Notes under the pieces: model-generated
Told to the model about the DNA's origin: nothing
Database searches by the model: none
What the model saw: the letters and a program-made list of their open reading frames with translations, nothing else
Translations under genes and position numbers: made by a program
In this document: positions 61,986 through 64,000 of the stretch, one piece after another
How positions within the stretch are numbered: the first letter of the stretch is position 1
Layout of the letters: the number at the start of each line of letters is the position of its first letter
Source of the DNA: Phoronis australis
Lineage: Eukaryota > Animalia > Phoronida
DNA: 64,000 nucleotides
Reading direction: 5' to 3'
Assembly: GCA_002633005.1 (NCBI GenBank)
Contig: NMRA01000901.1
Location: forward strand, 40,666-104,665

Positions 61986-64000
61986 CAAAAAGGCGGTTCC
62001 CCACAACTCCTCAGTAACGCAGTGGCGGGTATGGTCTTCCACATTGCATACAAACCCGATAACAGAAAAGTGTTTTATTAAGTTTTGGCTTGTTTTTAGC
62101 AACAAGTGTTCTAAAGGCTATTAAATCTCTTAAGATGTTTTAATACAATTCCTTTTGAGACACAGGGTCACAGTGGGAAGTCTTTAATATGCTTTCGGTG
62201 ACAAATCGCCGGTGTTTTTTAAACATGATTTAACTACAAAACACGTTGCCCTACACGAGGTCCACAAAAGACTGGTATGACCACACGTTTGGGCAGAAAA
62301 CAAGTTCTGCCGATAATTTAAGAGACTTCATTTATACACATTTGTTGTCGGAAGACTCTGATACAACTAATGGATGCGGAGTAAACATGTGGTTAAGCAT
62401 ATTTTCTGGAGCTCTTGTCAATGAATTGCATGGCATGCCAATGACATCGGCAGTGGGTACACACGAGAATTCCCACAGTGCTCAAGTATTACAGTATGTA
62501 CTGGAATTGCAGCAGACTGCTACCCACGATCTATTTTCCTATAAATTTGAAAAGAAGATATCTATTTTGCAGATACCTAAACTACTAAACGTTATGTTTT
62601 CCGTTTTTCGATCATTTGTTCTGGAAATTTACAAAACGGGCAATATCTATGCATTGTCGGATTTAATTAAAAGGGGGCAAGGGGGTCATGCAAAACACCT
62701 CCCCTAAAATTTTCATACATCCCATTTGCCAGTACGAGAGCACGAATGTCTGACGGGCAAAATCTTGGCTAATATTCCGCCCTGCCGTCACAACTCAAAG
62801 CCCTGGATATGCGCCTGGTAGAGGCATAATCTGAAAATTCAGCAGTGAACAGGATTCAAATGGAGGTTGAGTATTGCCAAGTGAATGAAAAACTGCCAAC
62901 CGATTGCTTAGGAAGTTACATCCTCGTCAGCTGTTAAAAATAAGGCTGAAGGTGACGGAACTGTGTTCACCATTACTGACTACTGGCCCTTGACCCAAAT
63001 AAGTGGGAATTCTGAGGCAGTCATCCACCAACCCAGAGAAAGTATTCCAAACCACAAGATTTCATTCGTAGGTAGTCTTGCGTGTGTGTTTATTGTGCGT
63101 GGTGTATGCGTATGTGCATGTGTGGTATAATATAGGTTATCCCACATACATGTATATAGGAATACTACTGCCATATTCTTTCGAGAATTCAGTTCATCTG
63201 GGAATGTCCCAAAGAGACCGAAGCTTGCATCATCGCCGCAAAACCTTGTTGTGATGTCCATCGGCTTGTTGTTATGGGACGTCATAGGTATGCCAAGTAT
63301 GGCACCCAAGCCCGTTTAGGGACAAGACTTATTGGTGAAAATGTTGAATAACCAGTGAACATTTATTTCCTAACAAATTGATTAGATTTTCCAGTTTGTG
63401 AAATATACAAAATAAAGCTCTGAACCAATAAATGATATCAAAAGTTTCTTGCAAACTTGGATACAATCCATCCGGGAATATATAAGTTGAAACATGTTAA
63501 TTTTATCCAACACGAGGCTCAACCATGAAATACAAGTTGACTCTAATATTCAAATTATGAATGGCATATCCTATGTTCACAGTAGCAGTAACATAAATGG
63601 GATAATTGCTACTTTCCTGTTACATTTTTGTTTCTCGAAAATACATGTTAACGAGGTAATAACGCGTTGTGTTGACCCCGTCTTCTACAAATCAGTTTTG
63701 CCTTGCCGTTAAGTCCAAATGCCATCATGCTTAAACTAATTTAATACTCACGGCTTTCCCCTTGGTTTCCCGATAAACTGAAATAAAACTTTTATATGTA
63801 TTTCTTGGCCGTAAACAGCGTGCATAAAGAAACAAATGGGTGTGTCGAGACCCTTGGCTATTAGTACAGTACTTCCTCCAAGAATTGTGACAGCAAGTAC
63901 TTCTGGTCCTGGGCCACCAAATTATGCCTCTCATAGAGGAGGCTGATTTACATTAACCGTAAATCGAAAGACACAGACTCTAATCTACATGACTATCGTT

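Noticed and set aside
62246-62707. 153-aa ORF downstream of the kinase gene
   Set aside because: TTG start, no recognisable domain or clear splice signals.

Overview
AT-rich, intron-rich genomic DNA from an invertebrate animal; the species cannot be determined. The window is dominated by one + strand gene spanning at least 6674-58765, which I reconstructed exon by exon from AG/GT sites and phase continuity (about 28 coding exons, about 1,520 aa without the N-terminus). It encodes a Tie/TEK-type receptor tyrosine kinase with a shuffled ectodomain: kringle, C-terminal half of an F-type lectin (fucolectin/F5-8C-like) domain, Ig, 3 Tie-type EGF, 6-7 FN3, a receptor-PTP-like juxtamembrane module with a KRRR site, TM, and an intact kinase. 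One FN3 exon pair appears twice across a 1-nt N gap, probably two haplotypes, one carrying a transposon insertion. Introns and flanks hold decayed or non-autonomous mobile DNA: an L1/Tx1 RT, a second LINE, two Academ-like relics, a BEL/Pao gag relic, an AT-targeting THAP-bearing family (3 copies) and nested MITEs with intact TSDs. The palindrome TACATGTA is strongly over-represented (about 40 copies by eye) and may be a transposon excision footprint. The first coding exon was not securely found. Most ORFs in the supplied track are spurious.
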